From positions 15,936,001 to 16,000,000 of the forward strand of contig NC_058368.1 of assembly GCF_018350175.1 (NCBI RefSeq): a stretch of DNA of 64,000 nucleotides. The letters are read 5' to 3'. The DNA comes from Felis catus. Taxonomy: Eukaryota. The notes under the pieces are model-generated. The model saw nothing but the letters and a program-made list of their open reading frames with translations, made no database searches and was not told the DNA's origin. Positions 1 to 12,048 of this stretch are shown piece after piece (the stretch's first letter is position 1; every line of letters begins with the position of its first letter). The position numbers were made by a program, and so were the translations under genes.

Positions 1-1112
1 TAGGACCTCTTGACCTTAAGATTACGTAAAAGACTCCATAGCTAGTGTTAGGTAGGGTGGACTTAAACTCTGGCATGTTGTAGTATTATAATCACTAAGA
101 TTCGTCTTTTGGGGAATTGGGATAGGATGAGGCACAGGGTAATGCACCGTCTTATGCAGTATATCTGGAATTTGAGAGATGGTGGGATTGGTAATTATAA
201 GGACTGTGGATATAGTCACTTGCTGTTAAATGGGCACTGATGTGCTGAAAACACAAAACCACACACTCAAACTAGCCAGTCCTGAACCATGGGAGTTGTG
301 TGAAAGCCAGAAAATCTCTTTGACAGTATTTAAGGAAGCTCTCATTTTCTAAAGCTAGAGGATAGCCTGTATTGAAAATTAATCTCAGGATTCTGATTCT
401 CCTGTAGTAGAATTACAAAGAAGGCTGAATAGCAGCTCTGGCAAGTCTCTTTCTAAAATTAGTAACCCAAAAAGAGTGGGACCATGATATCTAGAATGGA
501 TTGACTTGAGAATCTTGAACTTCTTTAAGATCTTCATGAATTCTTGAGCTTGCAGAAATACCTACTGAATTTATCTTCAAGATATCCTTGAACTCCTGGG
601 CCTGCAGAAGTTACTGATTCCTCTTATCAGAAGATAGTAGTCACCTCCACTCCCAATTCTGTCTTGCCTGGACACTATACAGAATCCTTACCTGAGGCAG
701 ATGTTTCACAAGTATACTTACCTGAAGATTGGCTCCAACTGTCCCTAAAGTGTGTAAGCCAATAACTAGGCTCATCCTCAGCGTAGCCCAGTTAGGGAAG
801 TACTGTCTCTGACTGGGAAGAAAGGTACTATTCACCAGAAGAGTTGCAGGATCTACATAGAAATATATTATTAATGTGCCTAGAAATCAATCTTGAAAGT
901 GCTGTGCCAGGAGTTACGAAATATGTCTGGATAAGGAAGAGTTTACTGATATGAATGTTCTCACATGGCTCAGGATTTAACATCCTGTCAAGGACACCAG
1001 GAATCAGTTATAATCTTCTATTTGGATGGTAGAGATGCTGGAAGTGCCTTGGCAAAGTACTGAAGGAGGAGTTAAGAGACTTAGAGAGGTGGGCATGTTA
1101 GATGGGTTTTAA

Positions 1113-2040
1113 AGTCCTGGCTTTACATGGTTCCAATATGCATGAATTTATGTTAGTTCTGTTAAAAACCAGTGCTCCAACCACACAGTTCAAATTTCAG
1201 TTATCAAGGTATATTAACTGTGATTAATTCCATAGAGTACAAACTTTGCTTCTATCTAGTCAGTGCACAGAGCACTTCATAAATAACAGATTCACATCAT
1301 GATCAAGGACAGCACCATTTTTTTTTTTTTGCAAAATCCAAAGATAATTGGCCACTGAACATCTTTTATTCAGTTTACGCCCAGATGACAAATGTATAGT
1401 TGTATTGTCTCTTTATCTCCCAGTAAGAAAGCCATGTAACATTTTATAAAAATGGATAACTGAAAGAGGGAGTTAGCCATTACAAGTACAGGAAAGAAAC
1501 TAAAGTGATAATGCAAGAAGTGAAATTCTAATTGAATGTAAATGGGGTTATAAAAGAAATAGCTGACTATGGGAATATTGACACTGCTGAGATTCCATAT
1601 GTGCCACAAGGAGCACTGAGTAATGTATAGAATGTTGAGTCGCTATATATTGTACACTTGAAACTAATATAACGTTGTATGTTAACCTCACTGGAATTAA
1701 AAAAAAAAACTTAATTAAAAAAAAGGGAGATCCCAGATGTGCAATCAGAGGAACTTAGTGAAGGCAAGTGACATACATGAGAAAATTGGTCATGACACAA
1801 AAGATGAAAACATCTAAGGAAGTGATGCTAGTGGAAAGCTTTATATTCATGGAATTCTCAGAGATATTTCATCACATTAAAAGTAGAAAGGATAAGATGC
1901 TAGAAGCTGATTCAAACTTAGAAAGTAGTATGACAGTTTGTCAAGGCATAAAAAGATGGTTGATTTATATCATTATCTATAAGACAGAAGAAGGTGACTA
2001 CTGTTCAAACTGCTCTTGATAGTTTTTTTTTTCTTTTCTA
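1113..2040 (+). mobile_element. TcMar-Tigger DNA transposon fossil (Tigger13a-like)
   Basis: Resembles the recalled old Tigger consensus (ggttccaatatgcatgaattt...ttcaaatttcagtta...aaaatggataactgaaagaggg...gatgctagaagctgattcaaacttagaaag). It interrupts the ERV-L internal sequence. Confidence 0.6.
1605..1726 (+). mobile_element. 5'-truncated L1 3' tip (carnivore L1/L1MA9-like) with poly(A) tail
   Basis: tgtacacttgaaactaatataacgttgtatgttaac followed by an A-tail. Flanking 16-bp direct repeats gagattccatatgtgc (1589-1604) and gagatcccagatgtgc (1727-1742). Confidence 0.8.
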
Positions 2041-2174
2041 CAAAGAAAAAGAACACTTTCATTCTCAATGTTTTTACTAAGGACAATTTGGAGGGGGCAC
2101 CCATGAGGGTATTGTTGTATCTCATTATGCAAAAAGATCAAGAGCAGGTGTTTCAAATGTTCATGTTGGCTTCC

Positions 2175-2220
2175 AACAAACAAACAAACAAACAAACAAA
2201 CAAACAAACAGCAAACAAAA
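2175..2220. repeat. (CAAA)n microsatellite
   Basis: Tandem caaa repeats seen directly. Confidence 0.95.
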
Positions 2221-2500
2221 AATCATGATCCCTTATCAAGTTTCCAGATCTGAAGCTGTTCTCACACTCAGCATTGACTGAAGGGAATGATGAATTATCT
2301 TGATGATGAACTTTTCAGTGCTTCAGTAAACACAAACAGCAATAATTTCCCAAATCTTTTCCTAACAATATCTGTAGTCCTTTATGAGAGTAGTTATATA
2401 CTAGTAAAAGGAAATACCTATACTTCTCCAGGGCTGGTGGATACAGTGTCTGGTTTGACACTGATATCCCTTTAGAGAGGGTATGTATAGAGTTCAGGTC

Positions 2501-2923
2501 TGTTCTGGGTTGAATTGTGTCCTTCAGGAAAGATATGTTGGAGTCCTAACCATCTGTACTTTAGAATGTGATCTTATTTGGTGATAGGGATTTTATGGAG
2601 ATTATTAAATTAAAGTACAGTCACTAGGGTAAACCCTGATGCAATATGATTGGTGTCTTTGTAAAAAGGGGATTTGGGGATACAGAGACAGACATTTACA
2701 GAGGGAAGATGATGTAGAGAGGCCCAGGGACAAGGTGATTGTCTATAAGCCAAGGAGAGAGGTTTGGAACAGATCTTTTCTTCACAGACCTCAGAAGGAA
2801 CCAAACCTGCTGACACCTTGATCATGAATTTCTAGCCTCCAGAACTATGAGACAATACATTTCTGTAATTTAAGCCACCCAGTTTGTGGTATTTTGTCAT
2901 GACAGCCTTAGCAAACTAATGCA
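2501..2923 (+). mobile_element. MaLR solo LTR (MLT1B-like)
   Basis: TG...CA termini (tgttctgggttgaattgtgtcc...gcaaactaatgca). Typical MLT1 motifs (ctagcctccagaactatgaga, tttaagccacccagtttgtggta). 5-bp TSD aggtc/agctc. Confidence 0.9.
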
Positions 2924-3387
2924 AGCTCGTAAGTGAAGTCATAAATGGGATCCTGGCCTAAGTCCACCTCTTAGTGAGTACAAAGGCTTCTGTGGTCATT
3001 GCCTAGTCCTTTGGTTCATACTCACGATGAATATATTTAGTAGCTGGTAGAATTGTTGCATTGGTTACCTGATCTATAGAGTGAGAGCAGCCATGGTAGG
3101 AAAGGTCAAATGGAAGCCCTTGAACTTTCCTCACCTTCTTCCCAACTGAGACAGAAAATCGGAAGAAATACTGAATCCCAAATGGAATGTCAGAGATAAG
3201 AAACACCCTGAAAATATGTTTCAAGTGACCATCATCACTAGTCTTGCTTATGAAAGAAAAATAACAGATGGATCAGAGAAGACAAAGCGGACCCCTGAAA
3301 ACTTAACCAAGAACTCAATTCCATCTCTGTGCTGCATGTGTATCTTCACCAGAACATATCAGCACAGTCTCTTACATTTGTTGTTTA

Positions 3388-4900
3388 GCAAATGATCTGG
3401 AGAATGTGTTCTTTTCATTCCCTGACAGAAAAATGGGTCAGAGGAAGTTCACATTCATTTAGAAGAGATAAAAATATGCATTCATGGACTTGTTCAAGTT
3501 ATGTTAGCTCTCCTACTCTCAATCACAACATAGTGTAAAGGCAACTTAATTATCTGAAAATTTTTCAGAAAACTCATGTTGGTCTACCCTTCTGATGACA
3601 TGATGTTTGGAGAAGTCATAAGTACTCTAGATGCCTTGGTAAGACACATGCTAGAGGGTGGGAGACTTATTTTACAAACATTTAAGGGCCTGCCGCATTA
3701 TGAAAGTTTTAGAGATTTTAGAGATTTTTGGGATGACAAGACATCCCAACCAAGGTAGAAAAGCCATCATACTTTCCATTTCCTATCAGTAAGGAAAATG
3801 CTCAGTACTTGAAAGGCTGGGTGGTTAGGGATCTGGAGAGAGTGCAATTGGAAGATCAATTAACAAGAGATGTGGGAAAGAGGAATGTGGACTGATCAAT
3901 AGGAATGGGAACAAAGTATGTAGATTTTTATCTCACAGCAGTACTTTCCAGAAGTCATCCATGTCAGAGAAGACACTGAATAGAGGGAAAGGATGATTTT
4001 TTTCTAGGCAAAGTTAGTGAGTCTCTCTTCTTGGCCATCCCAGTGTGTGCACAATGGGCCCATGAAAGGAGTAGCCTTGTGGTAGGGATGCAGGTGATAC
4101 ATGAGGCCAACAGCCTAGGCTCCCTCTTACTGAGGCTAATCTGGCTCTCACTATTGTGAAATGTTCAAAGTGTCAGCAGTAGTGTCAAGAGCTGAGCTGT
4201 TGGTATGTCCTACACTTTGAGGACACCAAAACTAGAGGTGGCAGCCATTTATTCTTACTGGATTGATACATATTCCAGTTATTAGTCTACTTTCTCTGCC
4301 AAAGTGCCTTAGTCAGCACCATTGTCTTAGGGGTCAGAGTGTCTGACTTATAGTTATGGTATCTCATATAATTTTTTTTGACAAAGGAACTGATTTATGG
4401 TAAAGAGTAAGTATATGTGGGATCTACTGATCTCACTATCTATCACCTAGAAGCCCCCAATCTGAACGCTGAAAAAGCCACTTAAAGGTAAAGCAAAGGC
4501 ATCTGCTTGGAGTTTTTGGATGCTACCTTTAAAGATGTTATATCCTTTGATCCAGTATACACTGCTCTATATCTCCTTTAGATCGAATGCATAGATCCAA
4601 GGCATAGAAGTAGAAGCTGTCTTTACACCATTACCCCAAGTGACCCACTTGGGGGAAATTATGCTTTATATTCCTACAACTTTAAGATTTGTAGGATTTG
4701 AGGTCTGGGTTCCCAGGGAACAAAGTAACATTCCACTAATCTTCAAGTCACAGCAGCTGCCTAGTCATTTTGGGTTCCCCATATGAATAGACTAGATGGG
4801 AATGAAGGGTTAATATGTTTACAGGAGTGATTGACCTTGATTATTATGAGGAGGTAGGTTTGCTGCTATATAATGAGACAGCAAGAAGTATATCTGGAAC
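3388..4900 (+). pseudogene. ERV-L pol/dUTPase pseudogene fragments (RT, IN, dUTPase)
   Basis: Motifs occur in the order RT > IN > dUTPase, typical of ERV-L. The catalytic YIDD is mutated to PSDD. Confidence 0.8.
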
Positions 4901-5305
4901 TAGGAGATTAACTTGAATTTGCCTTCAAACCCAATGATTACTGTAAATAGGAAATTGCAGAAACAGTATCCTGACAAAGTCAGGTAGCCAGAGGTGCAGA
5001 CTTCTCAGATAGGAAGGTATGGGTTACTCCACTGAGCAGCCAACCTGGAAGAGTAGAAATGCTATTTATGAGTAAGGAGAATCTAGAATGTATTTTAGAA
5101 AAGGGAGATGATGAATATCAGTTGTGGCCTTGGGACGGATTGCAATAGCCAGCTGAGACAGTAGCTTGTACCAATATTAAGTTGTAAGTTTTTTTTTTCT
5201 TTTTAAAAATGAATTGTGACTGGGTACCATTTTGAAGAAACAGGAACTAGATGAAGTGAAATTAACATGAGGACAGAGTACATCTGATTAGTGCAAGGGA
5301 TGGGC

Positions 5306-5774
5306 TGCAGTAGATACAGTCAGTTCCCCATCCATGTCTCTGAGAAATCCTGCTCATTTACAACTGCTAGTATCTGCATCTGTGACTAAGTTTCTTTTTT
5401 TCCCTGCAACTATGGAGAGCTGCCTGTGCACATGATATATTGGAAATGCCAATGAATGAACAATTTCTAGAGCGTAGCCCTCAATTAGTGACTCTCATAA
5501 GCAGGTATATGAAAACTTGAGCTCCCTCTTTCCTAGAGGTGGACAATTCTGAGGTGTATCTTTTGCATGCATTCTCAGAGTTTTCTTGCAGGATTAAGCT
5601 TTAATTCCTCACTGTCGTAGCTTGGTGTCATAATAGCGCAGCCCTTATGGGATGCCTTCCCCTCCCAGTATTAATTTCTCATTCTTTACCAGTGTTGCTT
5701 GTGTTTTCCAACTAAACTACTCTCACTAGAATTACCATCTCAGGGTTTGCTTCAGGGAGAATCCTAAATAAGAT
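5306..5774 (+). mobile_element. 3' LTR of the ERV-L provirus (LTR16-like)
   Basis: Follows a purine-rich PPT-like tract (agtgcaagggatgggc). The 3' end aactaaactactctcactagaa..tctcagggtttgcttcagggagaatcctaaataagat resembles the LTR16 family end. Confidence 0.7.
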
Positions 5775-6494
5775 GGTTCCTAAAACCTTAATATATTTAC
5801 TTATTGCCTTCTCATTCATAGGGTAGTTACAGATTATACCAACATTGCTAACAATAAACCTATTGAGACCAGTTTAAGTTTTCTCTGCATTATATTTGTC
5901 CTTAGGCAATGCCACACTTCTGATATAAAATCAAAATACCGTGTTAAAAAAGATACATGTGGTTTGAATTAAAACACATTAACCCCGTATTTCTAGTTGT
6001 CAGAATTGATGGTGGGAAGGAGACTATATCTGTTTAGGCAACCATTTTGCCTGGAAGTTCAATGACATTTATCTACAATATTGTTTTCTAGTGAAGGGAG
6101 ACTGCCAGAAGTCACATAAGCAAAGAGTGAGGAGTTGGGAGCCTGGAAGCCGGGGAAACATGAATCACAACACCCAGAGTTGGGACTTAAGAACACTCCT
6201 GTGAGTCACATCAACTTTTTTAACATCCAAATTTAGGGCTATGGAAATAAAATATTTGGTTAATTAAAAACCCAAAATCAAAGCCTCAGTACCATTTTCT
6301 TTTTTTGCTAAATGACTACATTTAAAGAAGATTGATAATATACAAAAGAACCAGCATGAAGATTATAATAAAAATGGAAAAGAATAGGACAAAATGGAGA
6401 TAGAGAATAGAGCTTAAAAGAAGTTATCCAGGGTAACAGAATAAGAATTTACTCAAAAAGAAAACTTCTCTTCAACTTAGAAAAATCAATACTC

Positions 6495-6590
6495 TTTCTT
6501 TCTTTTCTTTCTTCCTTCCTTCCTTCCTTCCTTCCTTCCTTCCTTCCTTCCTTCCTTCCTTCCTTCCTTCCTTCCTTCCTTCCTTCCTTC

Positions 6591-6637
<47 letters not shown>

Positions 6638-6645
6638 TCCTTTTT
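6495..6645. repeat. Compound (TTCC)n(TTTC)n microsatellite
   Basis: Seen directly. Confidence 0.97.
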
Positions 6646-6831
6646 CAATATTCTCTTTCTATACTAGCAAAAGCCAACAAGACAATAATAGGATATAATA
6701 AGCCATTTGCAAAAGGAAAACAATTCTGTATTATATAGGAATTAACCTGGTAAAGAATGAAAAAGAGAAAAATCTTAAAACTTGATTGAAAGACATAGAA
6801 AATATCTAAATAAATGAAGATATGTGTCTGT

Positions 6832-6910
6832 TTATCTATTATCTATCTATTATCTATCATCTATTATCTCTATCTATCTATCTATCTATCATCTATCTCT
6901 ATCATCTACC
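6832..6910. repeat. Imperfect (TATC)n microsatellite
   Basis: Seen directly. Confidence 0.9.
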
Positions 6911-7617
6911 TGTCACTTGTCTATCCATACATACATGCTTAAGAGTAAATATATCATTTTTTTTCCAAATTAGCCTGTAAATTCAATGCATTTCCAACAA
7001 ATTGCCTCAATCATGGAGCCTACTGAAAGTGCAAATTTAGGCAGGCATTTGTATGATGTGACTCCCAGTGCATGCAACACTCCATATTCTAAAGTCACCA
7101 TTAGAATAATTACTAAGAACAAAGAGAATGTGAATAGCAACCAATAAACATTAATGATAAGCTGTTTGTAGCTAAGAATGAGTCCTCACGGAGACATAGC
7201 TTTGCTGACCCTGTGAAGTGTTGATTCAGTGTTCTCATTTCCAGGAATATTGTTTCTAGTGTCAAATGGGATATGGCTGTATTTGATGTAGGAAATGTGA
7301 GGACATGTGACAGCAGTGGGAAGGGTGCATGTGGAGAAGCTAAGAAGTAGAGCCAGGAACACATGGGAAAAAGAGAAACAGAGTTTATACAATGATCTAT
7401 CATGTCAAAACTCATGTGATGATGAAAAAAGCTGAAGCTATGAAGTAGTAAAAAGAATACACAATGAAGGAATGGATACACCAGTAGCACAGTAGGAGAT
7501 AACTCAGCAAATTGGAAGCCAGAGGAGAGATAAGCTGAGAGACAGAATAATTGGTTCCTACATATTTATCAGTTCCTGACTGCTTATCTGTTGAGAGTTG
7601 TAGTTCTAGACCTTATA

Positions 7618-8414
7618 CAGTAAAACCTTGGTTTGCGAGCATAATTCATTGCAGAAACATGTTTGTAATCCAAAGCATTTGTATATCAAAGCGAATTTCT
7701 CCGTAAGAGGTAATGAAAACTCAGATGATTCATTCCACAACCCAAAAATATTCATCTAAAAATGATTATAGTACTGTAATATAATACAAAATAATAAGGA
7801 AAATACAAAGCATAAAGAAAAATAAAAATTAACCTACACTCACCTTTGAAAATCTTTATGGCTGTTGTGAGGGAGATAAGAGAGAGGAGGGTTATTGTGT
7901 AGGACGACTTTCACTATCACTAACAGAAGGTGACTACAGTACAGTATTAATAAATTCTTGTGATATACTGTATTTAATGAAGCTGGCAATAAAGCAGCAG
8001 AGGGAAGGGTCTATATCTGCAGGCAGCCTGACCTAGAATGAAGCAAAGCATTCCTAAGCTTACTCTTGTGTGGAAGAGCAAAGGACTGTCCATAGATGCT
8101 TTGAAGTGACAAAAAATACACTAGTGCCAGTTATGGGCACCTTCCAGTGTCCTGAAAAATCACTGATTTCTGCCAAACACCATAGCTTGAGACTGAGCGT
8201 CCGAGCATGGGAGACGATCACCCAAAATCACTCTGAGAGAAAGAGAGAGAGAGAGAGAGGAACCATTAACTCAGATGTGATCATGTGACAGTCATGTGAT
8301 CACATACTACTTGTATTGTAAGACATCCCTTATTCATCAAATTAAAATTTATTAGAAATGTTTGCTCATGTTGCAATACACTCGCAGAACAAGTTACTCA
8401 CAAAGGTTTTACTG
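7618..8414. mobile_element. Non-autonomous TcMar/Tigger-type DNA transposon (~800 bp) with TIRs and TA TSD
   Basis: Left end TA|cagtaaaaccttgg and right end caaaggttttactg|TA (reverse complement cagtaaaacctttg) give 12-bp perfect terminal inverted repeats. TA duplication and CAGT termini are Tigger/pogo hallmarks. Confidence 0.88.
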
Positions 8415-9227
8415 TATACTGTTACAATAAGCTCAGTTTTACTTAAGATGGCTTGAGTGTCTCTCTTACCCTTTCCTTTTTAATGAAATAATTTTCCTCA
8501 GGATCTCAGCTCATTATTATTATTGATTAATACAAGCCACTTAAACTTTGATTTTATGTTATACTATGGTACTCCTTTATCTACTTTCTCCTTCCCTTAT
8601 ATTTTATGTTTTGCACTTATTTATTATTTTCCCATCTTTTTCCTTACATTCTCTTCATCTAAAATCTTCATTCCTATTTCATATTTAGTGTCATGTGCAT
8701 GTATTTTAATTTTCTTAAATGGCATTGGGGTTTAATTTTTATTCTTTTTTTCCCCCACTCAACATTATGTTTTAAAGATCTGTTAATACTGTTGGATCTA
8801 TATCTATTTTGTTGTTTCTAATTTCTACATATTATTTAATTCTATGTATTTACCACACTTACTCATTTACACAAAATGTTAGAACAGTGATTTGATGAAC
8901 ATCCTGTTCTGTGCTCCTGTACTGAGCTGATTAATAGTTTTTGGTTTTTTTATTACAAAAATGAGATTGCTGGGTTTAGAGTTTACATCTACATAATTCC
9001 ATTAAGTAATTTTAGTATGTTCTTCCAGGCTGCTCTCCAGAATTGTTGTGGAATATGAGAGTTTTGTTTCCTTTTATTCTCGGTACCATTGACATTTTCT
9101 ACTATTAGCTATTCTAAATGGCTAAGTGGCATCTAATCGCTGAGTCACATATCTTGGATTACTAATAAGTTAGAGGGTTCATCACCTCATGAACCCTTAG
9201 GTGTATGTCATTAGGGTTCAGATTCTT

Positions 9228-9443
9228 TTTTTTTTTATTTTTTTTTTTAACGTTTATTTACTTTTGAGACAGAGCATGAACGGGGGAGGGTCAGAGAGAG
9301 AGAGGGAGACACAGCATCCGAAACAGGCTCCAGGCTCTGAGCTGTCAGTACAGAGCCCGACGTGGGGCTCGAACTCACGAGCCGTGAGATCGTGACCTAA
9401 GCCGAAGTCGGATGCTTAATCGACTGAGCCACCCAGGCGCCCC
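9228..9443 (-). mobile_element. Feline Can-SINE (tRNA-Lys derived)
   Basis: Reverse complement reads ggggcgcctgggtggctcagtcg..., then a (CT)n tract and A-tail. 16-bp TSD tagggttcagattctt (9212-9227 / 9444-9459). Confidence 0.97.
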
Positions 9444-9684
9444 TAGGGTTCAGATTCTTAATTGTTTATGCATATCCTTGTTTTCCATTGGGCTTCCTGT
9501 CTTTTTCTTTTTGATTTGTAGGAGTTCTTTGTGTGTTTAAAATATTAATCCTTTGTTGCTTTTAGAAATTGTAAACATCTTTGCTCTGTCGGTTAACTTT
9601 AAGTTGATTTTCATTGAACTGAAATCTTTAATTCTAATATAGTTCCATGAAGTTTTTAAAAATTATTTTATTTTTAATTGCAGT

Positions 9685-10216
9685 TATATAACCAAATGAA
9701 CATGAGTTCGCTCATTGGTGAGTGAGAAACTGCACTAGGCTGAGTTGTCGCACAAAGAAAACTTTATTTGCAGCAAATAAGAAGATTGCAGGGAATAACT
9801 TCCAAAGCCATGACTTCCCAGCAAAGGTGTATGGGTTCCTTTTATTTAGGGTTAGGATGAATTTTTAGATAGGGAAGCCTTGTCATCATATGAAGGGGGG
9901 AGCATAAGGTTGTGCATGCACCTTGAAGCATGCCTATACATATATTGTGTGATATGTAAAGGAAGCTGAGGTGCTTCCTTGGGTAGAGATTTTAGTATTA
10001 TCATGAGGTAAAGGTAGTCATCTGTCATTCTAGAGGTCAGTCCATAGTCCATTTGTGTAGGCATGAGTCAGGGGTTAACCTCAAACTGGTGTGGGTGGTC
10101 TGGGACGGCTGGAGGTCTTGTCAGGGCAGTCTCTATTGCTCAAGGGGTGGTTTTGCTTTCCATTTGCCTGACTTAAGAGATAAGCTGGAAAGAAACGCTT
10201 AAGGAAAAATGTGACT
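9685..10216 (-). mobile_element. Probable solo LTR (ERV1-like, carnivore)
   Basis: ~530-bp block distinct from the flanking old L1. Minus-strand AATAAA (tttatt near 9763) lies close to the left end. Overall LTR-like layout; family not firmly identified. Confidence 0.5.
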
Positions 10217-11003
10217 TAAACATCTAATTGTGATATTAAAAAAAACGTGATTCCATGATTTAATGAAAATATTACTAATATTTCTTTGGCATTGAGGATA
10301 TGTCCGTGATTATTTAAATTCATAGATTATCAATGCTTAAATCTAACTCTCTTTGGTCTACTGTATTTTCTGGCACACACATTCCATGCACAGTTTTGCT
10401 GTGTGCCTTAATCATGTCAATTACCTGGACTGCCACTCTCTTTTCTCATGATTTATTTATAGCTGATGAGTCCTGTTCTAGGTACCACATTTTCCTTACA
10501 GCCTTCTTCATTAATTCCTGACAATCCTGTTTCTCTTCACTTTCCGACCATTTATTTTTTATAATGTCTTTTTGGCATTGTGTCATGTATAAACTTACTT
10601 TATATTTTAAATTATTTCATGTATGTAATCTTATTGATTGTAATGGTAAATGCCTTGAGGGTAAAAATATGAATTATGTATATATTTTTATTAATACCTG
10701 CTTTTCTTTTATCATTAGGAATGTAGGAGGTGCCACGCTAGTTGGCATTTTATTGGTCTAGTTAAATTTTGTTGGACTAATTTCAACTCCACCATCAACT
10801 GTGTGATTTTTGAATGAGACTTTAAATTGAATTCATTTTACATAGTCCTCAGTTAATTTATATATCAATTTTGATCATTAAGTTTTTTGAGTTTTCATCT
10901 CTAAGAGTTTTAACTGATTTTTAAGAGTGATAAAGTGGTGTAGTATGAATCCCATCTTTTTAGAATATCTCAAACTTTACCTTTCTGAATCTTACCCATT
11001 CTT

Positions 11004-11229
11004 TTTTTTTTTTTAATTTTTTTTTTCAACGTTTATTTATTTTTGGGACAGAGAGAGACAGAGCATGAACGGGGGAGGGGCAGAGAGAGAGGGAGACACA
11101 GAATCGGAAACAGGCTCCAGGCTCTGAGCCATCAGCCCAGAGCCTGACGCGGGGCTCGAACTCACGGACCGCGAGATCGTGACCTGGCTGAAGTCAGATG
11201 CTTAACCGACTGCGCCACCCAGGCGCCCC
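11004..11229 (-). mobile_element. Young feline Can-SINE (SINEC_Fc-like)
   Basis: CpG-rich, near-consensus body. 18-bp perfect TSD tgaatcttacccattctt (10986-11003 / 11230-11247). Confidence 0.98.
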
Positions 11230-11314
11230 TGAATCTTACCCATTCTTAATCCACTCTCTAAGCTTTCTCTTCAGTTGTTCTTTTCTTTTATTTCCCTCCA
11301 TAACCTCATTTATA

Positions 11315-11537
11315 AAGAATTTTTTTAAATGTTTATTTATTTTTGAGAGAGACAGAGACAGAATGCGAGTGTGTTAGGAGCAGAGAGAGAGAGAGAGAGG
11401 GAGACACAGAATCCGAAGCAGACTCCAGGCTCTGAGCTGTCAGCAGAAGCCCAACGCTGGGCTCGAACTCACGAGCTATGAGATCATGACCTGAGCCAAA
11501 GTCGGATGCTCAACTGACTGAGCCACCCAGGCTCCCC
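11315..11537 (-). mobile_element. Feline Can-SINE (older subfamily)
   Basis: SINE body with TSD ataacctcatttata (11300-11314 / 11538-11552). Confidence 0.96.
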
Positions 11538-11599
11538 ATAACCTCATTTATAGAAAGTACTGCACAACATTGTAAGTCTTTGCCATCTGACTGATTCCT

Positions 11600-11850
11600 C
11601 TACTAGACTGAATTTATAGAGGTCAGGGACCAAAATTTTAATTTTCTAATTTTGATATCTATAGTCAGTGCTTAATATGTAATAGGCCTTCAGTAAGCAT
11701 TTGCTACATAGAAACCATTTTCAAAAATCCTATGGGATAGGTACTATTTTTATAGAAATTGAAACTCAGGGGGTGTAAGTGACTTACCAAATTCACACAG
11801 CAACAACTACACATCTAAGGATTGAATCCATAGTTCTGACTTTGGGTTCA
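11600..11850. mobile_element. L2 3' fragment followed by MIR fragment
   Basis: ctagactgaattt...gagggtcagggacc-like L2 end, then a MIR core (gaaactcagg..taagtgacttaccaaattcacacag). Confidence 0.55.
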
Positions 11851-12048
11851 AGGATTTCTTCTATATAGGCTACCAGTTCTGGGAATGTACTTCGTTACGA
11901 GAATGAGTCTTGATTATAGTTTCTAATTGATTTGTAATTTTGAAACTAATGAATACATTATTTGTACTTTTCTTATTTGAGGTAAATTCTTAAGGTGTAA
12001 GGATAATTCAAGTATCTGTGCCCTGTAAGTTTAATGTTCCTTTAACTC

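Larger units (their letters stand above)
1..5305 (+). mobile_element. Degenerate ERV-L (class III) proviral internal region (gag-pol-dUTPase remnants; ERV3-16A3/ERVL-like), 5' end outside window, interrupted by younger insertions
   Basis: Hand translation gives ANDLENVFFSFP at 3388-3423 (ERV-L RT AIDLANAFFSIP-like). ORF 3576 gives LVYPSDDMMFG-EVISTLDALVRHM (decayed LVHYIDDIML..EVANTLDLLVRH). AQWAHE at 4049 and LPLTEANLALTIVKCSKCQQ at 4120-4179 resemble the integrase HHCC zinc finger. GVIDLDYYEEVGLLLYN at 4824-4874 resembles ERV-L dUTPase. Many stops and frameshifts. Confidence 0.85.
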
